From the human T2T-CHM13v2.0 reference genome, Homo sapiens, in assembly GCF_009914755.1 (NCBI RefSeq), contig NC_060926.1: a stretch of 64,000 nt of DNA. The stretch is one strand, 5' to 3'. Shown here in pieces: positions 35,236 to 47,450 of this stretch (position 1 is its first letter; each line of letters begins with the position of its first letter). A program made the position numbers and the translations under genes. The notes under the pieces are model-generated. The model was given only the letters and a program-made list of their open reading frames with translations. It did not search any database and had not been told where the DNA came from.

Positions 35236-36573
35236 TATATATGGATTTTATTATGATCTTGAAACATTAGCCTTTTGTAATCTTCGACAGAACAAAGAAG
35301 CTCAGGAACATAGAAGCACAGGAACCTTTCTTCAAGTTAGAACAGACACAAAGTGCACAAATTCCAATTATTCCTTTTGATGGCTGATTACCTGATGATG
35401 GCTATGGGACAGCAACTCTTTGTAGTGTAGCTGCACTTAGGAGCAAAAAGGAAGTCGAAGAGTAGATCTGACAACCCAACCATAGTTAATGTGGAGAGCA
35501 TTTTTCTATTTGTAGATATTTTGGTGGACTACTTATTGTATGTATACAAATGTTTTTATACTTTTTACATGATGATTACATGAGTTTATGTAATGATATA
35601 ATTCAATTTAACATAACTGAAACTTCAAAGTTGTGTAATGGTTACAAAGTTGTAGATAAAAATATCTTTAAAGATTAAAAAATTATATAAGATGAAGAAA
35701 AGAATCAAATGAAAGTATTGAGTCACATTTTTATTCTATTTATAATAGTTTCTTTGCTGTCTATAACCTTTTCATTAGCCTTCTCAAACAAGGGGTTAAA
35801 TTTCAGTGGACTCAATTCTTCCAAATTTTGGGAGTAATATCTATCCATTCTCACCAAAAGCAGAAAGTCTGGAAACTACCAGAAAATAAAACTCTAGAAA
35901 CTAGAAACTCTAGAAAATAATCTGTTACTAGGTTAGCTTTCTTATTTGTTAAGTGAACTATAAAGCCTTTAAACCTTTAAATATCTAAAACAATTTTCAT
36001 AAGAAACTCAGAGAAATTAAGGGAGAAACTGAGAGGAAAACAGTAACTGGATTGTCAGTTGCTTTGTGTTGTTGAGAAAAAAGAGGCAGTTAAAATTGAT
36101 AACTAATTGCAGCTAATATATTGGACAATATTAAAGTCTGCAAGTCATTAACAAGTCAGGGTTAGGCAGGGGTAATATTTGTTACCTTTCCTCTGAAACT
36201 TGATGTCTCTATTCCTGAATATATCATTACTTTGATTCATCAACATTTTTGGACAAGTAACATTAGTAATAAAAGCTATCTAAGTACTTTCCCATTGTCC
36301 TGCTTTTTTTTTTTTTAAATAAAAAAGGTGACTATGTTTTACACATGATAGTTTTTTCCATGTTCTTCTGGTTAAAGAGCAGATTGAAAAAAAAAACTTA
36401 AAACACGGCAAGGCTGTAACATGCCAAAGGTCACATAACCTGTAGGTACAGCCAGATTTCCTAATTATTAATCTATTGAAATATTTTACAGTTCACTAGA
36501 TTACTAAATCCGGTTATCAATTAATGATGCACCTGACATACACCCTTCTAGTTTCATAAAAATCACCTCATTA

Positions 36574-36850
36574 GGCCGGGCGTGGTGGCTCACGCCTGTA
36601 ATCCCAGCAATTTGGGAGGCCCAGGGGGTGCAGATCCCTCGAAACCAGCCTGGGCAACCTGGCGAAACCCCGTCTCTACCAAAAATACAAAAAAAAAAAA
36701 AAAAAAAAGCAGGTGCTGGCTGAGGTGGGAGGATCACCGGGGCCCCTGAGTTCAAGGCTGCAGTAAGCCGTGATCGCGCCACTGCACTTCAGCCTGGGCG
36801 ACAGAGTGAGACCCTTTCTCAAAACGAACACACACAACAACACAGTAACA
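36574..36850 (+). mobile_element. AluJ-like element with internal deletions
   Basis: J diagnostics (GGGAGGATC..GTTCAAGGCTGCAG, GAGACCCT). Confidence 0.85.
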
Positions 36851-37729
36851 ACACACCAACCCCCAAAACATCTTATTAAACTCTGTGGATCTACTCCATT
36901 TAAACCTAATTGTTTCAGGAAATAGTCTAAAAACATTTTTTTGTCCTGGAATGGAATGTGTATGTAGCCTCAGGGAATAACTCAGTTTATCAGGTTCTTG
37001 GCTGTTTTTCCACAGGTCCAAAAGGATAAATGGATAAAGTGATGCTGAAATAACTTAGAGAACCCGTATTCCAACGCTTCTATTTTAAAACAGTGAAGCA
37101 GTTTTTAAAATAGAAAAGTATCTACAGTTTTGCTTTCAAGCAAATAGCGTTAACGGAATCATTGCTATTCAAAACTATTTTTGAAGTATCGGTGTACATT
37201 TAAAAAAAATAATTTTTAAAAAAGAAAGCTGTCGTATTCTGGATTCCGCAACCCCCCCACCCCGCCTCGCCACTCGTCGCCCTCCCTCCACCTCCACCCT
37301 CCCATGGCTTAAGTCGCATAGCTGAAAGGATTTTGCTCATTTTTTCCAAAACACTTCACGTCTGGGTAGTAGCCAATCATGGAAAGTTTCAAGCAAATGT
37401 TACATTTGGGAGAGGGATGAAGCTTGTCCGGGGCTGCTCTCGGAGGAGTCGCCAGACGCCCTGACCTGGGGGCCAGATGCGAGCTGGGATCGGCTGAGTT
37501 CCGACAGCTCGGCCAGACTCAGCCCTGCCAAACCTGCTGACCTCACTGCCCTCGGCTGCGGGGGATCTCGCCCATGAGTCTCCCCAACAGCTCGAATTCC
37601 CAGAGTGGAGGAGCCCACTGCTTCATAAATGCGAGAACCCAGAGCCCCTAGTACCCAACTAGGCTAGCCTCGGAGTTGGCACGGCGTGCAGAAAGTGGCT
37701 ACTGAGCAGCCGGGCCTGGCTCACCCGCT

Positions 37730-37935
37730 TCACACGTCAGTTTGACTCCTCTCCCCGCCCCCCACCAATCCCCCGCCCTACTCTCCGCGCACCCAGAGCC
37801 GAGAGAAATTTGACTGCCCTAATCGCCAATCAAAAGAGAGGTCGAGGATTTGAGCCAATCGCAGCGGGCGAAAGGGGCGGGCCGTCGGCGAGCGCTGAAG
37901 GTCTCTAGCCCTCCCCTGCGCTTTAGCCTCAGTGC
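37730..37935 (+). promoter_or_regulatory. GLS: GLS core promoter (TATA-less): three CCAAT boxes, GC boxes, AP-1-like and CRE-like sites, initiator
   Basis: CCAAT at 37765, 37826, 37855; CCCCGCCC at 37753 and 37771; GGGGCGGG at 37874; ACACGTCA at 37732; TGACTCC at 37743; Inr-like CTCAGT at 37928-33 (candidate +1 = 37931). Confidence 0.75.
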
Positions 37936-37982
37936 GGAGCCTTAGGCGGAGCGAAGAGAACCGGTCGCGGCAATCCTAGCGC

Positions 37983-38024
<42 letters not shown>
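37983..38024 (+). repeat. GLS: (GCA)14 trinucleotide repeat in the GLS 5' UTR
   Basis: 42 uninterrupted nt, ending 164 nt upstream of the ATG. Confidence 0.98.
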
Positions 38025-38188
38025 CCCGCATCCGCTGCGGGAGTCCGAGCCGGAACCACACCCAAGTAGCTGCCCTTTCCTCTTCTGTCATCTCACCGCC
38101 CCACCACAGACCGCGTTCCCCGAGGAAACCGGCCGCCCACGCCCGGAGCATCCTCCCCTGTTGAGCGGGCGCTGACGGACCCGGCGGC

Positions 38189-38574
38189 ATGATGCGGCTG
38201 CGAGGCTCGGGGATGCTGCGGGACCTGCTCCTGCGGTCGCCCGCCGGCGTGAGCGCGACTCTGCGGCGGGCACAGCCCTTGGTCACCCTGTGCCGGCGTC
38301 CCCGAGGCGGGGGACGGCCGGCCGCGGGCCCGGCTGCCGCCGCGCGACTCCACCCGTGGTGGGGCGGGGGCGGCTGGCCGGCGGAGCCCCTCGCGCGGGG
38401 CCTGTCCAGCTCTCCTTCGGAGATCTTGCAGGAGCTGGGCAAGGGGAGCACGCATCCGCAGCCCGGGGTGTCGCCACCCGCTGCCCCGGCGGCGCCCGGC
38501 CCCAAGGACGGCCCCGGGGAGACGGACGCGTTTGGCAACAGCGAGGGCAAAGAGCTGGTGGCCTCAGGTGAAAA
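38189..38574 (+). CDS. GLS: Glutaminase kidney isoform, coding exon 1 (386 nt, aa 1-129; Arg-rich mitochondrial presequence)
   Basis: MMRLRGSGMLRDLLLRSPAGVSATLRRAQPLVTLCRRPR...ARGLSSSPSEILQELGKG is the recognised GLS N-terminus; donor AA|GTGAGT. Confidence 0.97.
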
Positions 38575-39143
38575 GTGAGTGTCTCCGCGAGGCGCAGGAG
38601 GCCTCGTTCCGTTCGGGGCCCGGGCTCAGGCTGTGTGGGGCCCTGCGGTGGGGCGGGATAGGAGCCGAGGGTCTAGAAAAGAGAAAGAAAGAGGTGCCGG
38701 GCGGCCTGCGCCGTCTGCGCCATGTGATTAGGCCCGGCCCCGCCCGCGCCTTCCCCGCCCGCAACCCTCCGCCAGGCACCCACTTCCCTTCTCCGCCCCC
38801 GGCGGGGGTCGCCCTGGTGGGGCCGCGGTGGGGCCTGATGGGCTCGCCTGGCGTCCCCAGTGCCAGAGAGGCCGCTCCCCTGCCCGCGCTGCGTGCTCAG
38901 CTCCCTGGCTTGCGGCTGCAGCGCCTGGCCGCCCGCCCCAGCCATTCGTGGGCGATGCTGCACGAACATCTCCACCGAGTGACATTTAGGAGTTGGGCGT
39001 TCAGCAGAGCCTTTACCTTCCTGACTTGTCGCTTTTCCTGGCTCGTTTCCGCTCTGCCTGCCCTCCCTTGGTTTCTGCCATCATCCGGTTGGAAGCCAGA
39101 TGTGACAGAGAGCTCTTTATATTTCTGGAGTGGCTACCTCAGG

Positions 39144-39149
39144 CACGTG
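39144..39149. promoter_or_regulatory. Canonical E-box CACGTG in intron 1
   Basis: GGCACGTGT at the 3' edge of the CpG island. Confidence 0.45.
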
Positions 39150-42100
39150 TAGAGCCATCTGGGGCACCGGAAACAATGTTTCAGAAGTGAGATTAGGAGG
39201 AATCCGGTCATGTGGCCGAGAAGATGGGGCACGCAGTATAGACCACCTGTTTGCATAAGGGACCAGCTTTGGCTTGTCAGGTCTTCCGTGAGATGGGGAG
39301 ATTTTTAGAAATAAAAGTTAAATAGCCAAGATGAAATGTGACGTAATACACTAACTCAGTGAAAAATCTGAGTTGAGTAGGTTTTGTGACTTCATTGTGA
39401 TAGGATGTTGACTCATCCTGTATGTGTACGGCACAGTAGTTTAGTCTTAAAGCAAAACTGGTTTTTCTTAAACAATATGCAAAGCAGTCTCCTATATATT
39501 TTTGTCTTGTGTAATACAAATGGACCACTTTGTTTTCCCAAAATGGGTAAAAATTTACGGATCTGCTTTCATTATACCTTACTCTTTTTCTGGCTTTGTA
39601 CGCTGACACTCTAACCTGTTTTGCTTCCCTTTTATTTCTGCTGCTATTTCCAGCTCTAGAGTTCCTTAAGTCAAACTGAAAGTGAGAACATTGTTATAAT
39701 TTCAATCTCACGCCTGCTTGATGTTTTCCTGTAATTGAAGTTGGGACCTTCCAGAAACTTTTCTAAAGTTCTTCTCCCAGACTGAAAAAGATTATTTGAA
39801 AAAAATCACTTGATGATGGGCGAAATTTGTGGTATTTTGTGATGTTGGTTTTGTGCCACAAAATAGCGTCCTGACCATGGACAGGTTATTTAATATCTTG
39901 GGTTAGATGACTTAAATCCTTTCAAGTTCTAAAAAGCTATACTTCTGTTAAATTTGTACTTCTCTCATGTTTTAGGGACTAGAATGATAATTTAATCTCA
40001 TCTGGGACTCACTTTTACTTTAACATCATCCGGTTTACCAAGGAAGTAACGAGTTTACATGCAAGTGCCCAAGGTACAGAATTGCAAAATGCAGTCACAA
40101 CCGTTTAAAAGTTCATCTTAAAGGCTACAAGATGGGAACTGCATTCTAGTAAAATTATGTCTTCAGGTCTGTGTCTCTGCAGTGGCTCTAGTGCCTCTCT
40201 TTTTTTTCCTCTTTTGTCAAACAGGAAATTGAGCTTCTTCTGTGATTCACTTGTCCAGAAGTTTCTGGTTTCATTGCCTTTTTAATAAAAAATCACCTTT
40301 TAGCAAGGGCCTCAAGGTTGTGAAGAAAGTTTTTTAATTTGGTTAAAGTTTCTATTTCCTTAATGATCTGGTTTCCAAATGTAGCTTTCCCTCTTTGGCT
40401 CCTTTCATTTTGCCTTTATGTGACAAACATTTCTCTTATCCTGGGAGGTAAGCTCCCAGTTGATCCTGTTATCCTTTCTAATGCTTAGCCTGCAAAGCAT
40501 AGGTCATCCCTCAGTCAGCAGTCCACCTGGTATGCTAGCACTCACTCAGGACTGTGCCAGATTTTATGTAGTATTATTAAAAGAAATAACCATGAGAAAA
40601 TTAAATTAACATTTTGTAAAAGGCTTAGAACAATATTTGGCGTGTGTTAAATGACACATAACTATTTATTAAATAAATGAGAAAACATTGCTTCTTCATT
40701 ATTGTAAAGCCTGTTAAAGAGATTGGCCTTGGAATTTCAGGCTTGCACATGAAGGTTTTTAATTTTTTTAGTTTCCACAAAAATGTTTATCTTGAGAAAT
40801 TGCTATACATCTGTCTTATATGAAACTATGTGAGTTGCACTGTTTACCTTTTGCTCTGCTGATAAATAAGTTCAGAGTAAATTTAATGCTTAACCACACC
40901 AATTTCATCAGTTCACATGGCTGGGATATCTGCGTTTCCTCCTTTCCTTGGTCCTGAGTTTATATTTTATTTACTTTATATTCTGGAAGGAGGCGTGATA
41001 TAAGCAAGTTACTTTACCTTTTTTTCACAAACTCTTTGAACTAATGTCACTTTAGACTATGCTGTTTCCATCACGCAACTTTAGTGTGGTTTAGGATACG
41101 AACGTCTTAATATCACATAGAAAAATTTAATGATCTTTGCTCAGTTTTGTCTTTAGTGATCTTATTTAATTTTGTTATGGTTCATTCTGTTATCTTGAAA
41201 ACCAACTTTGCTTGCCTCTCTTCGTTTTCAAAATTGTTCTCTCTTCTTTCCTAGTTCTTTTTGAATTTCCTCACTGGGTAAAAACCCTGAGGCTGAGGCC
41301 TTTGTCCCTTTCCCACTTGTCTGCCTTCTCAACAGCGTATCCCTTCTTTCAGCTTTGACTCTCATCTTTGTGTAGGTAATACTTCACCTCTTAATCCAAA
41401 GCTCTGTTCTTACATTTGTCGCCACATATTCAATGACTTCAAATTTTAAGTCTGTACCCTGATATTCATTCTTTTCTCCAATTCAACCTATTTTGCGTAC
41501 TGTTATGAGAGTAATTTTAGAGTTTTAATTTGAAAATAGCACTCTCTTCCAGAAAACCAGCAGGATCTGGAATGAGCATTATATTAAAGTCACAAACTAT
41601 GTTATGGTTTATGCCAGCACTTGCCCATATGGACATTTTTATCATACTTTTCTCTGTTAAGCTGGTTATACTTATTTCCATAAAGTCCAGAAGTATGTAT
41701 CCTATCTTAGTGAATGGTCCCTAGGAAGAGTCAGAGGGATAGAGGTAAGGGGCATTATTAAGTTTTTTTATTTGGACATTTATTTTTTAATGAGAAAGGA
41801 AAAGAGATACATAACAGAAATTGGGCTGGAAAAATACCAGCATATGTATGCTGTTAGAAAATAGATAATTCATACAGGATGCAATATTGAAAGTATTCTG
41901 TTAAAACAACAATGAGGTCAGTTTCCCCTTCTCAGATTGGCAGATGTTAAATCAAGTAATTGGGAAAATAGGAACTCTAGCATTGCTAGTAGAAGTATAA
42001 ATTATTAGTTCAGTTACTTTAGGCAGTTTGGTAGTTTCTGTTAAAAACTGCATAGCTGTGATGTGGTAGTTGGATGTTTGCACATCTACATGAAGTCGTG

Positions 42101-42293
42101 GCATTCAGAAATATTTGTAATTACACAAATAAGCATGCTTTAAAATATATTTATATTTAAAAGTAAAAATGCAAGCAAAAATGATTTCAGCTAGCTTTAG
42201 TTAGTATGGATTTATGTTTTGATAGTTCAGCTTTATGTTTTGATAGTTATGGACAATGAAGGGCAAAGAAAATCATCGAGGTGTATACTCTGA

Positions 42294-42594
<301 letters not shown>

Positions 42595-42952
42595 TGAACA
42601 TTGAATTTCAAAGTAAGATGAAATGCTTATGAATTTCAGCGAACATTGAATTGGGTAGATTGAACAATACTAGTAAGGAAGTTGAGTTAGTATTTGGCAG
42701 ATATAAATATTAAGTTTTAGAACTGAATGACAAAACCTCTGTTAAAATGGGGGCACATGTTTTTATGATCCTTCAGTATTGCATTTGGTTTTAATTTTAA
42801 AAGCTAACATATTTACAATTCACTTAAGCTAAAATCAAGGTGGAAAGTATGTTTAATTTTTTCCTTTGGGCTTCTCAGGCAGCCCCTTAGTTATTTTTGA
42901 TTTCTTCATTATTAAAAATTTTTTTCTAGGTGATGATTATCAGTGAGTTTTA

Positions 42953-43275
<323 letters not shown>

Positions 43276-43728
43276 CAGTTTTGTTTTTTTAAAAGCAAGT
43301 GAAAAAGGTACCAATAACTATATGTCATAACATTTTTGTGACCTAATATTTATATTGAAATGTGCATCAGTCATTGATAACTTTGTCCATGATCTGTAAT
43401 TAACAAACTCATGCTGTTAATTTATAGTTTTATTAATATTTGGATGAAATTCACTGAAAGAACAAGAATTAGATTCTGAGGGGTTTAGTCTCCTGGACTT
43501 TTAGCTGCATATTTCCAGACCTTACTCTTTTATAGAGAAGTCTACCTACCTCAAAGTCAGCTAATCCATGAAATGACTACCAAATAGAATTCAGCCTTTT
43601 TTATGAGGCAATATGTAGGCCAGCTAAAAGGGAGGGGGGGCACTATTTTAGTCCAAAGATAAATGTCACTTTGAAAGAAATTTGCTGAAGATATTTGTGG
43701 GTTTCTTTGAGTTTTAAAAAGTTATTTA

Positions 43729-44119
<391 letters not shown>

Positions 44120-45596
44120 CTAATTATAGAATTTGTGTGAGGGAGCTCAATCATGTTAAATCCTATATAAATTAAGGTTATATTTTATAGTTGCCTGTCT
44201 GTGCCTTTTCACCTTTAAGTCATTTGCTAGTAAGAGAAATGCTTAAGAAAGGTGAGTAAACAGATGTATTTATAAAAATAGTTATTAATTACTGATATCT
44301 CTCAGTGAGGTACATAGCTTTCACATAGAGATACTGTTAGTACAGTTTTACCCTGAAATCTACTCAGGTGCAAAATTGCTTTGGTTATGAAACACATTAC
44401 TTGTGAGTCATCACTGCACTTAGTGATTTTCTGACCCCCTACAACGTAGTAGAAGCAAAATGTTAATGTACCTTGACTTCCATTTGGGAGTGTCCTCTGC
44501 TTGATATGTTAAATTCATTATAAAGAAATGTTTATAGTAAAAGCATTACTTTCGAAACATAGAACTGTAGATGTTGCATAATGAATAAAACTGATAGCTT
44601 TCAGGATTAAGAAATATATTTTTGCCTATTTATTTCTGGTACAGGCTTCTAAAAAAGATTTTTAAAATTGTCTTCTTGATGAGGATATTTTGAGTGACAT
44701 AGACACGTCCTTCAATTCTTGATGGTAAACTTTCTGAAGAGCAATTTTTAAGCTCTATGAGGAACTTACAAAGTATTCATACCTTTTTAGGAATCTAAGT
44801 TCACAAAATAAACTGAAGTGTTAGAAAGATTTATTTCCTATTATTTTTGGTACAGTGTTATGCATACTAGAGAAAAATGGAGAAAAACGCATGTTCAACA
44901 TTAGTGGGATAGTTAAGTAAATTGTGGTACATTCATATGAGGGTCTCTTATTTAGTCATTTAAAATGTTTGCAGGTACTTTTTAGGATATAAGGTAATGT
45001 TATAACGGCCAAAAGTTAGAATACAGAATTTTCTATGCAGTATGATCTCAAGCTATTTAAAAAGCTCAGAAAAAGTAATAGAAGGAAATAAGCCAAAATG
45101 ACATTAGCAGTTGTGGTTTATGAGAACGAGCATTGTTTTTCCTGCCTCCTTTTGTTACTTTTAAGATTTCCCCCCCATTATAAGTGGGAAACGTCTAAAA
45201 CAGTAAAAAACATTCCATAGTTTTGAAAATCAAAGGAACCACATCTGTTAAGTTTTGAACTTGTAAATCTCTACTGTCTACTCTTCTAATATCCTGATTC
45301 TGGTTGTATAAGAACAGTAAGCACCATTACATTGAAAGAAAAGTATGAAAATAGGTTATGTATGAATTTGCACAGCTCCTGTTTATCAGCATTGTCTAAT
45401 CATATTCACTGGTACCCTTAAACATCAAACTTTAAAAATTTAAAACTATGCTTGATATATCTCCCTAGTAAATGTTACATATTTCTCTGCCATATTAAAA
45501 CATTGTAATCAATAGAGTTTAACATTTCTTGTTCAACTTATGTGTATTTTAAGGATGCATTATTATACTGCACTGTAATACAGTGATGCTGTAAGA

Positions 45597-45795
45597 CAAG
45601 TGCTGGCACACTTTCCCTGAAAGGCCAAATAGTAAATATTTTCAGCTTTTGGGGTTCTCTAGTCACGACTACAACTTCTCAGTTCAGTGGTGGTAGCAAA
45701 ATAGCTGCAAACAATAGGTAAATAGATGTGGCAGTCTTCCAATAAAACTTTATTTACAAAAAGAGGAGGTCCCTGCTGTAGTTTGCGTAGCCCTA
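45597..45795. mobile_element. MER58A-like hAT MITE
   Basis: AAAGGCCAAATAGTAAATATTTTCAGCTTT...TTCCAATAAAACTTTATTTACAAAAA...GTAGTTTGC. Confidence 0.75.
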
Positions 45796-47288
45796 CACTA
45801 AAATATATTTATTGGTAAGTTCTCTCATGCCTTGATTGGTTCTGCTTTAACCAGTACTCTTAAGGGTGGGTTTGTTCTTTTGTGGATTTTTGTATCTTGT
45901 ATCAGTTGACTGTTCTTCATGTCTCTACTTTAGCTATCCTCCTTCACTCTTACCTTCTGTATCCAGTTCTGCTTAGCTTTTTCAAAAAATTGTGGTTAAA
46001 TATACATAACATAAAAATTACCACTTTAACCATTTTTAAGTTCCCTAGTTCAGTGGCATTAAATACTTCTGTTAGTTTTAGAACCCAGATGAATATGCTA
46101 ATGTGTAAAATAAAAGTATGTAAGTTGTGAGTGAATAAAGTTTATGATCTCACTTTAGTGTAGTGATTTGGAGGACATCTATTTTTAGCAACTCAAAAAC
46201 TGAGAATTAAGCTTGGAAGTAACTTTAAAGAACATTTAATTCCAGCTCATTTTACGTATTATATAAGCTGCCCGCAGATATTAAATGACCTAAACAAGTT
46301 CAGACAGTATTAGGACTTGTTTTGATTTTTTATTTTTCATCTATTAGCAGCAAACTAATTCAATTTATAGAGTTAATTTTTTTAGATTGAGGATTATAAG
46401 AGATCTTACAAACCCTTCTCCCCAGCTGCTGCTTTCTTCTCTTCTGTTACATACTCCCTATAGGTTGTTGTTATTCATCTCTACCTGAATACTGCCTTCA
46501 CAAGGGAGTTCACTCCCTTAGAAGGCAGCCCATTCCGTTTTCATAGCTGTTTCATTTTTCCTTATGTGTGGCTGAAGTTTTTCATTAACTTCTACCTATA
46601 TATGTTAGTTATTCTGAACAAGTTGTCTATAGTGGTATCAGAGTGATTGCAGTGACAGAATTCATATAGTATCTGTATTATTCCATCTAGACTGATATAT
46701 TAAAGGATACTTGGCTGAAGAAATGAGTTATTGGAAAAACTAACAGAGTTGGATGTTATAGACTTGATCTCCCCAGATCCTAGTCTTCCCACCCGAGACA
46801 GCCAGACTGCCTTTTGGGTCAAACTTCTGAAGTTGTGCAAACGTATGGACAAATTACCATGAGCTGACAGGGGCAGCCTGACCATTTCCTCACATAAAGT
46901 GGCTTTTGTGCTTTTTACTTTGGTGTGCTATTAAATGAATTTGTGCTATAAAGTCCAGTCAAAACAGCAGCACTAATTGAATATAATCTCATCTTTGCTT
47001 TGACAGGATGCAGTTTTATCAAGGCAGACCAGTTTAGTTCTCTTATGTGCATTTTGGTTAGAAATTTATTATTGTTTAAGAATTACAGATATTATTCCTA
47101 AAATAGAGTGCTAACCACTGAGAGCATGAGGTGGCAGAGCAGGAAGAGTCTGGAACTGGGAACAAAGGACGAGCTTTGTAGGACTAATTCTGGTCCAGCC
47201 ACTTAAGATTTATGTGACATTGGACATTCTGCTTGACTTGGATACTCTTAAAACAAAATTTTTTTTAAATTTAAAATTTAAATTAACA

Positions 47289-47450
47289 TTTTCTTTCTTT
47301 TTTTAGAAATGGAATCTTGCTGTGTCACCCAGGCTGGAGTACATTGGTGCCATTATAGCTCACTGCAGCCTTGAACTCCTGGGCTCAAGCAGTCCTCTTG
47401 CCTCAGTCTCCCAAGTAGCTGGGACTGTAGGTGCATGCCACCACACTCTT
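47289..47450 (-). mobile_element. AluJ right arm/FRAM within a MIR
   Basis: CTCACTGCAGCCTTGAACTCCTGGGCTCAAGC. Confidence 0.8.

Larger units (their letters stand above)
37400..39100. promoter_or_regulatory. GLS: CpG island covering the GLS promoter, exon 1 and the 5' end of intron 1
   Basis: Very high GC and CpG density relative to AT-rich flanks. Confidence 0.9.

Noticed and set aside
37931-38188. Sense uORF or N-terminal extension through the GCA repeat (poly-Gln/Ala/Ser)
   Set aside because: There is no ATG in the 5' UTR. The Ser frame (in frame with GLS) stops at TGA 38162, the Gln frame at TGA 38173 and the Ala frame at TAG 38067.
38532-39152. 206-aa + strand ORF and other overlapping ORFs in the CpG island
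   Set aside because: TTG start, crosses the exon 1 donor into the intron, low-complexity Pro/Arg/Gly/Ala content; expected from stop-codon scarcity in GC-rich DNA.
42211-42248. 17-nt direct repeat TTTATGTTTTGATAGTT (also short tandems near 35890 and 56740)
   Set aside because: Ordinary slippage micro-duplications in AT-rich DNA.
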